In this document: one piece after another, positions 12,601 through 24,900 of the stretch
How positions within the stretch are numbered: position 1 is the stretch's first letter
Layout of the letters: each line of letters opens with the position of its first letter
Origin: Antedon mediterranea
Taxonomy: Eukaryota > Animalia > Echinodermata
Direction of reading: 5' to 3'
NCBI RefSeq assembly: GCF_964355755.1
Contig: NC_092673.1
Location: 32,299,648 to 32,363,647 of the forward strand
DNA: 64,000 nucleotides
Notes under the pieces: model-generated
Databases searched by the model: none
Told to the model about the DNA's origin: nothing
The model's input: only the letters and a program-made list of their open reading frames with translations
Position numbers and translations under genes: made by a program

Positions 12601-15600
12601 GTATTCGGGGAATCGCCCACAAGTGTTTTCTCAGAGAAGGGTATGTTCTGTATGGGGTTCTGTATGCTATTTTTTAATAATGTACAAAAAATGAAATGAA
12701 AAATCATATTAATTATCGGTATGTACGGAGGAAGCTAGAACAAGACGAAGCGCGAAACAAATAAAAGCGCAGCGCGAAACATCTGAAATGATATACAATT
12801 TCTCAAAACATGAAAACACAGAATATATTATATTAATATAACTTTTTAATATTTCCAAAGGCTCGGACAAGGAAGAAGGGCTTTAAAAAACTGAATTGCT
12901 ATATGTTAGACCACATTTCCATAACTTTTCAAAACTCATCGAACCCTCTGCTAGTAGGCCTAATTAATATAGGAGCGTATCGCCAAATCATTAGAGAAAA
13001 AAAAACATGGCATGAAGATGTAATTAATCAAACAACGGCCAAAGAATACCAACAATTTTAATTTAGGTTTCGATTCGTAATTACTAATGTGGTGGACTAA
13101 GCCTAGTTTGAAACTATAGTGACCATTTATTTTAGAAAGAAAGATAGACAAATTTGTTTCTATCTCCATGTTATTGTTAATACCAAGGCACTTTTCAATT
13201 AAAAATTCTGGCCTAGTATTCTTGCAAGGTCGTCACAGCTCCAGTTACAAAGGTCGTCACAGCTCCAGTTACAAACGGTGATACAAAGTGTCAATCATTT
13301 GACCAGTGAACAGCCCACTGGTAGGATAGTCCTTGAAACCGTCCGTAAAACACATTAATCACTCACATCAGTCATGCCGCTAATGGTTGAAAACCTCACT
13401 TTTTGGAGTTTTCAAACGTAACGCTATCCGGGGCTCCTGCGCCTAATGAGTAGGCTTATCTGAATAGGCCTATCATTAGTGGCAAAAATGGTAAATTCAA
13501 TTTAACATATGATTTTATTAGGAACCATTTAAGTTTACCTGCATTGTTATTATCATTACTACTAGTAAAAGCTTAATTAGCCAGAATTATTGTCTCATTA
13601 AAAAGCCTACTTCATGTACAGGCTTATTTCAATTGTAGCAGTCCTATCCTAGGCTACATAAGTTTCTTTTAAATTCATATTTATATATTAACTTACCGTA
13701 TACTTATTTATATTATGATTGTTGTACAAATAAAGAACTTTTTGGTGTAAATTTACAGAACTTCAAATTCTAAACGTGACAAATCAGGCGCTTGGAAAAA
13801 GAACATCCAGCCTGTGTTTATTCGAAATTGGGAGCCAAAAATGAGGTTTGATTTTACTCCGTTTATTGTGGTGAAAGTGACGTACATGGAATGTGAATTT
13901 GGCAGAGACTACTGGCGCAAGGACAAAAAGGTTTCTATCTAGTGTAATTGTTAGATTGCTTATTTTATTTTGTAGGCCTATAATAAAATAAAATCGAATC
14001 GATGAGAAATAAAATTGTAACCACTAGGGCAGGAGATGAAGATAACTAGACCATCATCGTTCAATGTATACAGCAGCACTTGACTCCGACTCCTATCAAT
14101 TATTTATTGAATTTTGTGTTATTTTTTATTATTATCAGTGTTAGCATCTATCGTTTTATATTATTTGGTTATTACGGTATCGTCACTTTTGAGTCATTTT
14201 TTGGAATCCACTTTTCTTCTAAAATCTATAAATAAAGCTAAAATCGAATTGTCTTCACAGCAAAATGATGACCACAACTATCACAACATGTCAGAGGACG
14301 CGACCCTTGACACAGATCCAATTCCTGGCTCACGCAAACGTGGTTGCTTGGCTAGGTTGACCAATTGGGAAGTATTGATTTTCAACGAGTATAAAATATT
14401 AAATTGGTCTGAGCTATTACCACATCAGTAAGTGCAGTTAAACAATATTTAATCAGCTGCAATTAATTCGATATCAAGAGAAGTTACGTAGGCCTAATGG
14501 ATACCTGTAATATAGGGAAATATGTAGGCATATATTCACAACATTAATGCTATTCCGTTTATGTGTACGTATTTATGTTTTATTTTGTTTATTTGTAGAC
14601 TACGTGAAGCAAAGAGTAAGAAATTAGATGAATTACGGAAAAGGCTGCACAACAACGAAGAAGTCCCGTATGAAACGCGTTTCTTCTTAGAGCTTCCATT
14701 TAAAGTATGATTATTATTTTCATATTTTCCTTATTGTAAGCCTACTGTAAGCTTGGTTTTAACACTCTATTACGCAACGCAAGGATGTACACGCAAAGGA
14801 TCATCCAAACTACTGTCGTCTGTGGTTGGTGAAATCGTTGTCTGTGGTCGGTCAAATCGTTGTCTGTGGTTGGTCTAATTAAGGCAAACTAACAACAGGA
14901 TCCTGAGTTGAGATCAAAATGGTTTATCTGTGGCTGCGCGCGACACGATAAGTTCCACGCCTTCTAAACAGACACCGCGCAGCGGAGAATAAGTACAGTA
15001 CTGTTGGTATTATGTCGCAGCCAGACATAAGATCAAAAGACTATTATGAGTTCCTATATTGGCAAGGCGAGCTCAGTGGCATGTTGTTAGATTCTCCTGG
15101 TCAAATTAACCTGCGTACATACCACCCAAGCTTTACAGTTAGAAATGTTAAACAAATCCCTTTCGTTTAAATTCAATGTCTACCGTTATTCAATAATGTA
15201 TACCACAATTCTCCTATTGTGTTGAGAAATTAATAGAATTGTCTGTAATTAACATTTAAATTCATTTCTTTCAGTCGGCACACAAAAACCACGACCAGGT
15301 TTCGGATAGTCTTCAGTTACGTGTACACCCGAAAATTATTGATCGCATTCACCATCACGTCAGAAGTGGTATAACCGCCAAGGAAAAGGTAACCAAGTTA
15401 TCGGTTCTTTGGAATTGACAATCCTTCTCCTGATTCTGTGCGCTATCGACGGTATTCCTTCTTCTGCTAGCTAAGGTATTCTTAGCAGTTGTGATTTGAC
15501 CAATCAATCAATTCTCTTGTATCTTTGCATTTCTGGATCTTTTTACCCTTTCTCTCGGTCGTATACTGTTTTGAAGTAGCGTGTGTATCAGCCATTCTAT

Positions 15601-18121
15601 AGATGTGTCCGAATAGTCTTGTATAATTACTAAAAAGTCTGCAATGTGAAAAGTTGTATTTACTTTTCTTTTGATTAATTTTTAGGTTAAAGTGTTAGTT
15701 GATACGTTTGTAAAGCAAGAACTCTCAAGTTGTGGAGTTGAACCTAATCCTCTGGATAGATCTTACCATCCAACGGATCGAGATCTAACTAACCATATAT
15801 ACCGTGCAATAAACATTGAAAAGATTAAGCGCATTGACCATAACGCCATCCTAGAAACCATCTCCAAACTAGAATCGAGTGGTCAACACATTTTCTATCA
15901 GCCAACATCAGAGAAGACATGTCAAAAAATGAAAGAAAAAAGTGAAGAAGATTCAATATTTATGTTGGTCTACCAAGAATCTTGGCAAAGTAACTTGATG
16001 AAGAGTCGCTTGAGGGCGCTGTATGTGATTGACTCGACTTACAAAACTCATCGATATCCCTTGCCACTGTACACGCTCTGGATTTATATTGATGAGAAGT
16101 TTATATGCGTCGCAATAATAATTATGCAATGTGACGCAACCGATGATTTGGCGCAAGCATTGCGTCATTTAAAACATTGGAACCCGAATTGGAATCCGGA
16201 ATATTTTCTTATGGATACCCAGCAGCCATGTTGGAAAGCTGTTGAGCAAACGTTTCCAAATTCAAAGGTTAGTTAGGTATTAAAGACGACTTAATGACAA
16301 TATTTTAAAAATGTTTGGTGAAATTTAGAAACAAGAATTTGAATTAAGTTGGAACCATAAATAATTACGGATTCCCAGCAGCTAGTTGAGCATGTTTTCC
16401 ACATTTTAAAAGGTGAATTAAATTTTTGTTTAAGTATTTTGATTCGAAATTGCTGTAAACTATAAATTTGGTGAACTAAACAAACTTTCTCTTCTCATAT
16501 TGTACAGGTTTTTGTCAGTTCTTTTCATTGTAACCAATCGTGGTTGCAGTTCTTAAGTTCAAAGAAAGTGAATTTGTCCGAATCGTCCCGCCTACACGTC
16601 TACTCTCTTTTACAAAGGGCGGCAAACTCATCATCCAAAGAAGGCTATTTGGAATCCATCGATATGATTCAAGCAACACAGGAATGGGAAAACTCTGAAT
16701 ATCTTCGTTACGTCATCAATCGATTTTGGTTTCATAATTCTTCGGTGAGTGAATAGTCTTTTGGTATTGTTTTGTTTTATCTATTACCCAGTGTTTGGTG
16801 GTCGCTATGTCAGTGTTTGGTGGTCGCTATGTCAGTGTTTGGTGGTCGCTATGTCAGTGTTTGGTGGTCGCTATGTCAGTGTTTGGTGGTCGCTATGTCA
16901 GTGTTTGGTGGTCGCTATGTCAGTGTTTGGTGGTCGCTATGTTGTCATCGCATAGACGTTATAGAAAATTAAACACAATTAGAAATATCCTTTTAATGAT
17001 TTTTATCAGAAAATGATTTCTTATAATTATGTACAGGATTAACATCGCAAGATGGTCTCTTGTGTACATTATCAAAATCGGAAGATGATCTCTTGTATAC
17101 AAGATTTAAATCACAAGATGATCTCTTGTGTACAAGATTAAATCGAAAGATGATCTCTTGTGTACAAGATTAAATCGCAAAATAATGTTTTGTGTAGAAG
17201 ATCTGAAGATTATCTCGTGTGTAGATTATTAAAATCGGAAGATCATCTCTTGTGTAGAGGATTGAACTCGGAAGATGGTCTCTTTTGTACAAGATTAAAA
17301 TCGGAAGATGGTCTCTTGTATACAAGATTAAATTAGGAAGATGATGTTTTGTGTGTACAAGATTAAAATAGTTTCTTTGGTTTCAGAAATGGGCAATGAG
17401 TAACCAACCTGAAGAATTGGTCATGGCCATGTCTGGAAATGCACAGGACAAGTTAAAGTACGCATTGGAATACAGTTATCTTCCACAAATCTGGAGTATG
17501 TCCGTAAATTCGCTTCTTGAGTTCTTTAGTGGAATATTCTTTCCAGAGGTTGTCCGTACTGATGGCGGACTGGAACTGGTAAGTTTGGAAAGAACAGTTA
17601 TTGATTCCAACGAAGCAATGGCAGGTAATATTAATGTAGATAATCCTGATGATTATGACGATGATTATGATTTAAATCAATCATTTAGTAACTCGTCTGA
17701 AGATGCGGTGTTAGCATCAATGAAAATGGACATTAGTGTTCTATGCACAGAAATCAATGCCATGTCTCAAAATTGTAATCGTAAAGAGAGTCTTCAAAAA
17801 GCGTTGAGCATGTTGAAGATCTTGAAGAAAGACCTTGTGGTGGAGATCACCAAGACGTTTAAAGATTCACAGAAGCGTGGAAGAAAGCAGCGAAGTAAGT
17901 TACTGAAAACACAAAAGAGGCAGCAGAACGCTAAAGAACCTAGACCAGGGAAAACAAGCGCTATCGACATCCATGTGAATGGATTGGGTGAGCCGGTATT
18001 AATATCCGATCATCATGTTGTATTGAATGAGATGGGTGGATCTGATGAATGTTGTAGTGTTCCTGGAATTGGAGAAGCGGTCGAGATATCAATTGATCCT
18101 TCTGAAATGATGCTTGAGTGA
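9687..18121 (+). CDS. CARF-like DNA-binding protein fused to a degenerate MULE (Mutator-like) transposase domain, about 798 aa
   Basis: Exons 9687-9970, 13759-13930, 14261-14427, 14599-14704, 15275-15388, 15686-16267, 16508-16744, 17387-18121, all GT-AG, in phase, 2397 nt. CARF-like motifs: PFIVVKVTYMECEFG, KRGCLARL..VLIFNEYKI, FFLELPFKSAHKNH, RVHPKIIDRI, SYHPTDRDLTNHIY. MULE-like motifs: IDSTYKTHRYPLPLYTL, WNPNWNPEYFLMD, AVEQTFP, SSFHCNQSW. Confidence 0.8.
10945..11112 (+). mobile_element. 5'-truncated SINE with Deu/Nin-like core and (CAATT)n tail
   Basis: TTAAAGAACCTAGTACATCTTTCGAGACGAGTGGGGGTTACCCCGGTGT matches the reverse complement of 51600-51670 and ends in a CAATT repeat tail. Confidence 0.6.
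11125..12410. repeat. Minisatellite, 21-bp core TGTGCTATCCATTTGAAA(T/G)AA with larger composite units
   Basis: Visible tandem array inside the TIR element, interspersed with CCCGATAATCCGTATAGAATAATGTACAGTA units. Confidence 0.95.
14750..15132. mobile_element. Degenerate MITE family B copy with a nested family C MITE (about 14890-15089)
   Basis: Outer ends AGCTTGG...CCAAGCT resemble 57439-57600. The inner AACAACAGGATCCTGAG...CTCAGTGGCATGTTGTT recurs at about 32050-32210 and 52965-53159. Confidence 0.55.
16789..16942. repeat. 22-bp tandem repeat CAGTGTTTGGTGGTCGCTATGT, 7 copies
   Basis: Perfect tandem copies in intron 7 of the CARF-MULE gene. Confidence 0.95.
17030..17368. repeat. Diverged tandem repeat of about 33-35 bp (ACAAGATTAAAATCGGAAGATGATCTCTTGTGT)
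   Basis: About 10 imperfect copies immediately before the last acceptor. Confidence 0.85.
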
Positions 18122-18816
18122 CTAACGGTTAGCGCAAATTGTTGGCGTTTGGCAATCAACTGATGGTTACCACGGCTTTATGTACCAAAATGAATAAAAT
18201 ATAGGATGTCTTTTTAGATATTTTAGAATCTTCACGTCGGGTCAGAGTTCAACCCGAGCTAGGAATCCTGCTTAATGTGGTTAATGGTGATGGTACACAT
18301 TTTCTAATTATTTACCAGGTTCTGTCTTAACTTCAAAGCAAGTTGTCAGAGAGACGAGTACACGTGTTACACCGTATTTTACACGACATTATACTGTTAA
18401 TGCTACGCAATTTAATCATTTTATCAATTAAAATGATATTGATATAACTACGGCCAACATTATGGTTTATTTATTAAAGATATGTTTTTATTTCAAACAA
18501 TTAAATATGTATCATCATAACGCTGTATTAATAAACACAAAACTTATATTGACAATCTTATATCTACATTACATTTTAAAAGCATCTAAAAAATGTTAAT
18601 CTTCAGAAAATTCTTATTTTATAGAGCCACATAAATTTGTTTGAAACCAACGTAAATACAATAAAATATTTCCGAAGTTTTCCGAAGAATCAATGTACAA
18701 AGAAACACACTTTGTTAGAATATACACATCAAAATGTAAAGAAATACAAACAAGAAAAGTATCGACGTGTTCGAGTTAATGTACAAAAACAGATAAGGTT
18801 TAAATCCGTCTATTTA

Positions 18817-18956
18817 AGCTCTGTCTACACTATCAAACTTTATGTAACAGCAAAATGTGATGTGCCCATAATATGGACACGATGACGTCATATCACTACC
18901 ATATTTTGGCACATCACATTTGGTCAAACTAGATTGATGTGAGTGTTGAGATAGCT
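18817..18956. mobile_element. MITE family A in the AIF1-like 3' UTR
   Basis: Same TIR as family A, TTA on both sides. Confidence 0.8.
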
Positions 18957-18984
18957 TTATTTGAGACGTATGGCGTATACTTCT

Positions 18985-21900
18985 TCAGGGCAAATCTTCA
19001 ATCTTTTTTACTGATGGCGGACCGCTTGGACCTGGTTTCTCCTTTGATTTTTCTTCGAACATTAGAATACTGCAAAAAAAAAAATATGCATATGTTAGAC
19101 TAAATAATTGTGTATAACATAACACATGAAAATATTATATATTTTACACCATTATGCCCATCACTAGGAGGAAATTCGCAGTAGGGATTTTGTTCACATC
19201 CGCCCCAGCGCCTACCCGACCCACCGAAACTTGATGGTATACTACTTTTCTTATATGTATCTAAACGAAGGGTGCGACTTAGGGTTATATCCGATAGACG
19301 AGGGAATGAGGGTAAATCACATTTCACACAATTCTGCACCATTGTCCATAATGCATTTTCATCAAATCTATTTTTAGAATGTCAACAACAATTTTGTTTT
19401 TAGATTATGTTTGTCTGTCACGTTTTTCCCATAGAGCCATGAAAACTGAGAGTACTAAAACACATTAGATCTCTGATTTATGTTTCAATAACATAAGTCA
19501 AAACTAACTCCAACCAATAAGAAGGATTATTCAACGTTTTGATGTTTAATATATCACAAACTAAGCATCGAAATGTTAGTTTTGCGAATACGAATGCTAA
19601 TATACAATTTCAGTCATTTTCTCATAATAATGACAATCAATAAATATTTTACATTCCGCTTTATATGATAAGTTGTCACAATTATAAATGTTAAGCTCTG
19701 TACACTTTCAAACTGACAAAACAATGTGATGTGCCCATATACAAGCACAATGACGTCATATCACTACCATGTTTGGGTACATCACATTCGTTTGTGAAAC
19801 TAGTTTGATAGTGTAGATAGTGCTTTAAGCGTACATTCGTAGAATTGAGTTTTTCTTTCCTAGCATCATTTGCACGTATTCGTGGTAGTTGATTGTTCCG
19901 GAGCCATCCAAGTCGACTTGTGCAATCATCTTTTTGATTTCCAGTATATTCTTGTTTTTTCCTAACTTTTCCAACATGTACGCAACGTCGGTAGGATCTA
20001 GAAATATAGAGATTACAATGCATTAAATCCATTTGCATGTGTGATGGCGCTAGTTGCAATCCGTTATGCGTGAGTAATTATTGAATGACGTAATGGATAG
20101 GGAGTAAGAAGTGTGCCTTCGTTCACTATGTAAGAAGCCACAGATGTGTAAATGAAGTAGGAATTAATTTAGCCTATTGTCGTTGTTTGTACTTGTCGTC
20201 AGAATAGTAATAACTGACATAATGTGCTGTATGTTCTTCCTTTATTTTAAGACGTGGTACTAAATATTAAATCACTTAAAATAACCGGTAAAAAGATTAA
20301 ATACCACCCAAATTACTTGTTATAGACGTTGCAGTGTGCATGGCTAAATTGTTTTATTGTTGTTTTACTTTTTTTGGGTTTTTTTTTCAATAGAAGGTAC
20401 AATACATTGTAAAATTCGCCGAAATTGTACGAATTTATGTGCGTTTTCTTACCTAAATCCCCGGAATCATCAGTGTCGTATTCGATAAATTGCTCTGTTA
20501 AAAAAACCAAACAAATATTACACACATTAAAGAACAGTTAAAAAAGTGTTATATACATCACAACTTTATAAAGCATTGCCGACAATTCTGGCTTCAGCGT
20601 TATGATAATTATGATGATCACTCCAATAATAAACCCAGGCCTATATAATTGCTAATACTACCGCCAATGTACATTATCTATGAATATATGCAGTGATACT
20701 TTTGCCGACATGATTTCTGTACTGTGAGATATAAATGAAAGTTAAACATTTGTATGTTAATTACATTCGCTCTTTTTTAGTCATTTCCGAGAATTGTTCA
20801 AAATCTGACTGAGTGACTTTTACTTCCTTATTTTGCTAAATATACTACAGTATTATTACTTCTGTAACCCTTTTCATATTGCACGATAGGTCGATAAACC
20901 ATCTGGTGAGGTGGGGCATTTTAGAGGGCGTAGTGACACGGTGAATGACAAGCATGTGTACAAAGCGATGTTTACGTCTAATGTGCTATTACGTTATACG
21001 GTATCATGTCAAGCGACAATAAACAGTAGTAGTATCGTGTCTTCTGACAGCAACCTTCGTCCCATATGAGCTACAAAGTAGCATCTCCTGAAACCATAGC
21101 CTCTTTTACAAAAGCGTTATCAAACGCTTTTATATTCATTGTCATAGACTGCACTACAATCGGTTATATTAACGATATGTTTTTGATTTCTAGATAGCGA
21201 AATATACATTTTCCCTCTAAATTATTCAAATAATTATAAAGCATAACAAAAACACTGTACCTTTGTATAAGATCAGTTTTTCATCCAAGTCTTCATACTC
21301 TTTGTAATTTCCACTTTCAATAATTTCCTGTTAAAACAGAATGTATGACGTAATATTATAATTATAATTATGATATAGAGACTATAAACCTCCTAGTTAA
21401 TATTTTGGAAATTAATTAATAATTTATAAACTGTGATCTGTGATAATTAAAAAAACTCCCTCCAACTGAGATTTGAACCAGTATTTTGCTTTCATCCATA
21501 GGCCATTAAGCTTGATACCATATAGGACGTGACGAGACGCAACGTAAGCGAGTTGACCAATGATCAGCAACAGTTTGAATAATCATCGCTTGTGATTGGT
21601 CAAACCCCTTATTTTGCTCGTTGTGTTGCGTCTTTAGTGGGAACCACGCACTTGGGCCTTCGTGGTATGTTTTAAATAAATCGCACTTGATTAGTACGTA
21701 CTTGGTTGATGGTGTCAATCTTCTTAGCCTGCTCCTTCTTGACGTCTCCCCATTTTCGACCACCTGTGTTAATAATAAGTTACACATTAGTCAGTAGTGA
21801 AACAACCATCTATCCTCTGTTCCTAATTTATAATATTTATATGTATCAATTATTATCACATTTTACACAATTCGGCTCTCTTTTTGTAAACTGTATTCCT

Positions 21901-24900
21901 GTAATGTGCTAACTAATTTGGTTCTGTTGTCTATGTAATGGATAAGGTGGTACTTTAGGACAGATTTTGTTTAAGTTTATAAAAAAAAAATCCAAGGTCT
22001 ATTTAAATTACTTATTGGTATAGTCAGTATTACGTCTAAAATGTACATATATTTTCATTGAAGCCAGTTTGATTTGATAGTAGGCCTAACCATAACATTG
22101 AATATTTAACAAGCAATTATAGTACATGTGTCGTATACAACACTATTTCTATTTGCATACTACTGTAGTATAAGCTAGGAATGAACGGACTAAAGATGGA
22201 CAGACTAAGATAGGAATGGACAGACTAAGATAGGAATGGACAGACTAAGATAGGAATGGACAGACTAAGATAGGAATGGACAGACTAAGATAGGAATGGA
22301 CAGACTAAGATAGGAATGGACAGACTAAGATAGGAATGGACAGACTAAGATAGGAATGGACAGACTAAGATAGGAATGGACAGACTAAGATAGGAATGGA
22401 CAGACTAAGATAGGAATGAATGGACAGACTAAGATAGGAATGGACAGACTAAGATAGGAATGGACAGACTAAGATAGGAATGGACAGACTAAGATAGGAA
22501 TGGACAGACTAAGATAGGAATGGACAGACTAAGATAGGAATGGACAGACTAAGATAGGAATGGACAGACTAAGATAGGAATGGATGGACAGACTAAGATA
22601 GGAATGGACAGACTAAGATAGGAATGGACAGACTAAGATAGGAATGGACAGACTAAGATAGGAATGGACAGACTAAGATAGGAATGGACAGACTAAGATA
22701 GGAATGGACAGACTAAGATAGGAATGAATGGACAGACTAAGATAGGAATGGACAGACTAAGATAGGAATGAATGGACAGACTAAGATAGGAATGGACAGA
22801 CTAAGATAGGAATGGACAGACTAAGATAGGAATGGACAGACTAAGATAGGAATGGACAGACTAAGATAGGAATGGACAGACTAAGATAGGAATGGACAGA
22901 CTAAGATAGGAATGAATGGACAGACTAAGATAGGAATGGACAGACTAAGATAGGAATGGACAGACTAAGATAGGAATGGACAGACTAAGATAGGAATGGA
23001 CAGACTAAGATAGGAATGGACAGACTAAGATAGGAATGGACAGACTAAGATAGGAATGGATAGACTACGACAAGAATGGACAGACTAAGATAGGAATGGA
23101 CAGACTAAGATAGGAATGGACAGACTAAGATAGGAATGGACAGACTAAGATAGGAATGGACAGACTAAGATAGGAATGGACAGACTACGACAAGAATGGA
23201 CAGACTAAGATAGGAATGGATGGACAGACTAAGATAATGGACAGACTAAGATAGGAATGGATGGACAGACTAAGATAATGGACAGACTAAGATAGGAATG
23301 GATGGACAGACTAAGATAATGGACAGACTAAGATAGGAATGGATGGACAGACTAAGATAATGGACAGACTAAGATAGGAATGGATGGACAGACTAAGATA
23401 ATGGACAGACTAAGATAGGAATGGATGGACAGACTAAGATAGGAATGGACAGACTAAGATAGGAATGGACAGACTACGACAAGAATGGACAGACTAAGAT
23501 AGGAATGGATGGAGAGACTAAGATAATGGACAGACTAAGATAGGAATGGATGGACAGACTAAGATAGGAATGGACAGACTAAGATAGGAATGGACAGACT
23601 ACGACAAGAATGGACAGACTAAGATAGGAATGGATGGACAGACTAAGATAATGGACAGACTAAGATAGGAATGGATGGACAGACTAAGATAGGAATGGAC
23701 AGACTACGATAAGAATGGACAGACTAAGATAGGAATGGATGGACAGACTAAGATAATGGACAGACTAAGATAGGAATGGATGGACAGACTAAGATAGGAA
23801 TGGACAGACTAAGATAGGAATGGATGGACTAAGATAGGAATGGACAGACTAAGATAGGAATGGACAGACTAAGATAGGAATGGACAGACTAAGATAGGAA
23901 TGGACAGACTAAGATAGGAATGGACAGACTAAGATAGGAATGAATGGACAGACTAAGATAGGAATGGACAGACTAAGATAGGAATGGACAGACTAAGATA
24001 GGAATGGACAGACTAAGATAGGAATGGATAGACTACGACAAGAATGGACAGACTAAGATAGGAATGGACAGACTAAGATAGGAATGGACAGACTAAGATA
24101 GGAATGGACAGACTAAGATAGGAATGGACAGACTAAGATAGGAATGGACAGACTAAGATAGGAATGGACAGACTAAGATAGGAATGAATGGACAGACTAA
24201 GATAGGAATGAATGGACAGACTAAGATAGGAATGGACAGACTAAGATAGGAATGGACAGACTAAGATAGGAATGGACAGACTAAGATAGGAATGGACAGA
24301 CTAAGATAGGAATGGACAGACTAAGATAGGAATGGACAGACTAAGATAGGAATGGACAGACTAAGATAGGAATGGATGGACAGACTAAGATAGGAATGGA
24401 CAGACTAAGATAGGAATGGACAGACTAAGATAGGAATGGACAGACTAAGATAGGAATGGACAGACTAAGATAGGAATGGACAGACTAAGATAGGAATGGA
24501 CAGACTAAGATAGGAATGAATGGACAGACTAAGATAGGAATGGACAGACTAAGATAGGAATGAATGGACAGACTAAGATAGGAATGGACAGACTAAGATA
24601 GGAATGGACAGACTAAGATAGGAATGGACAGACTAAGATAGGAATGGACAGACTAAGATAGGAATGGACAGACTAAGATAGGAATGAATGGACAGACTAA
24701 GATAGGAATGGACAGACTAAGATAGGAATGGACAGACTAAGATAGGAATGGACAGACTAAGATAGGAATGGACAGACTAAGATAGGAATGGACAGACTAA
24801 GATAGGAATGGACAGACTAAGATAGGAATGGACAGACTAAGATAGGAATGGATAGACTACGACAAGAATGGACAGACTAAGATAGGAATGGACAGACTAA

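Larger units (their letters stand above)
10131..13448. mobile_element. 3.3-kb non-autonomous DNA transposon with perfect 32-bp terminal inverted repeats
   Basis: CATTAGGCGCAGGAGCCCCGGATAGCGTTACG (10131-10162) and its exact reverse complement (13417-13448). No transposase ORF inside. Confidence 0.85.

Noticed and set aside
16749-17016. Three overlapping ORFs with repeated peptides
   Set aside because: Translations of the 22-bp intronic tandem repeat.
9687-18121. Active autonomous Mutator element
   Set aside because: Catalytic Glu motif and CxxH are degenerate, no SWIM finger, no flanking TIRs seen, and introns carry old insertions.
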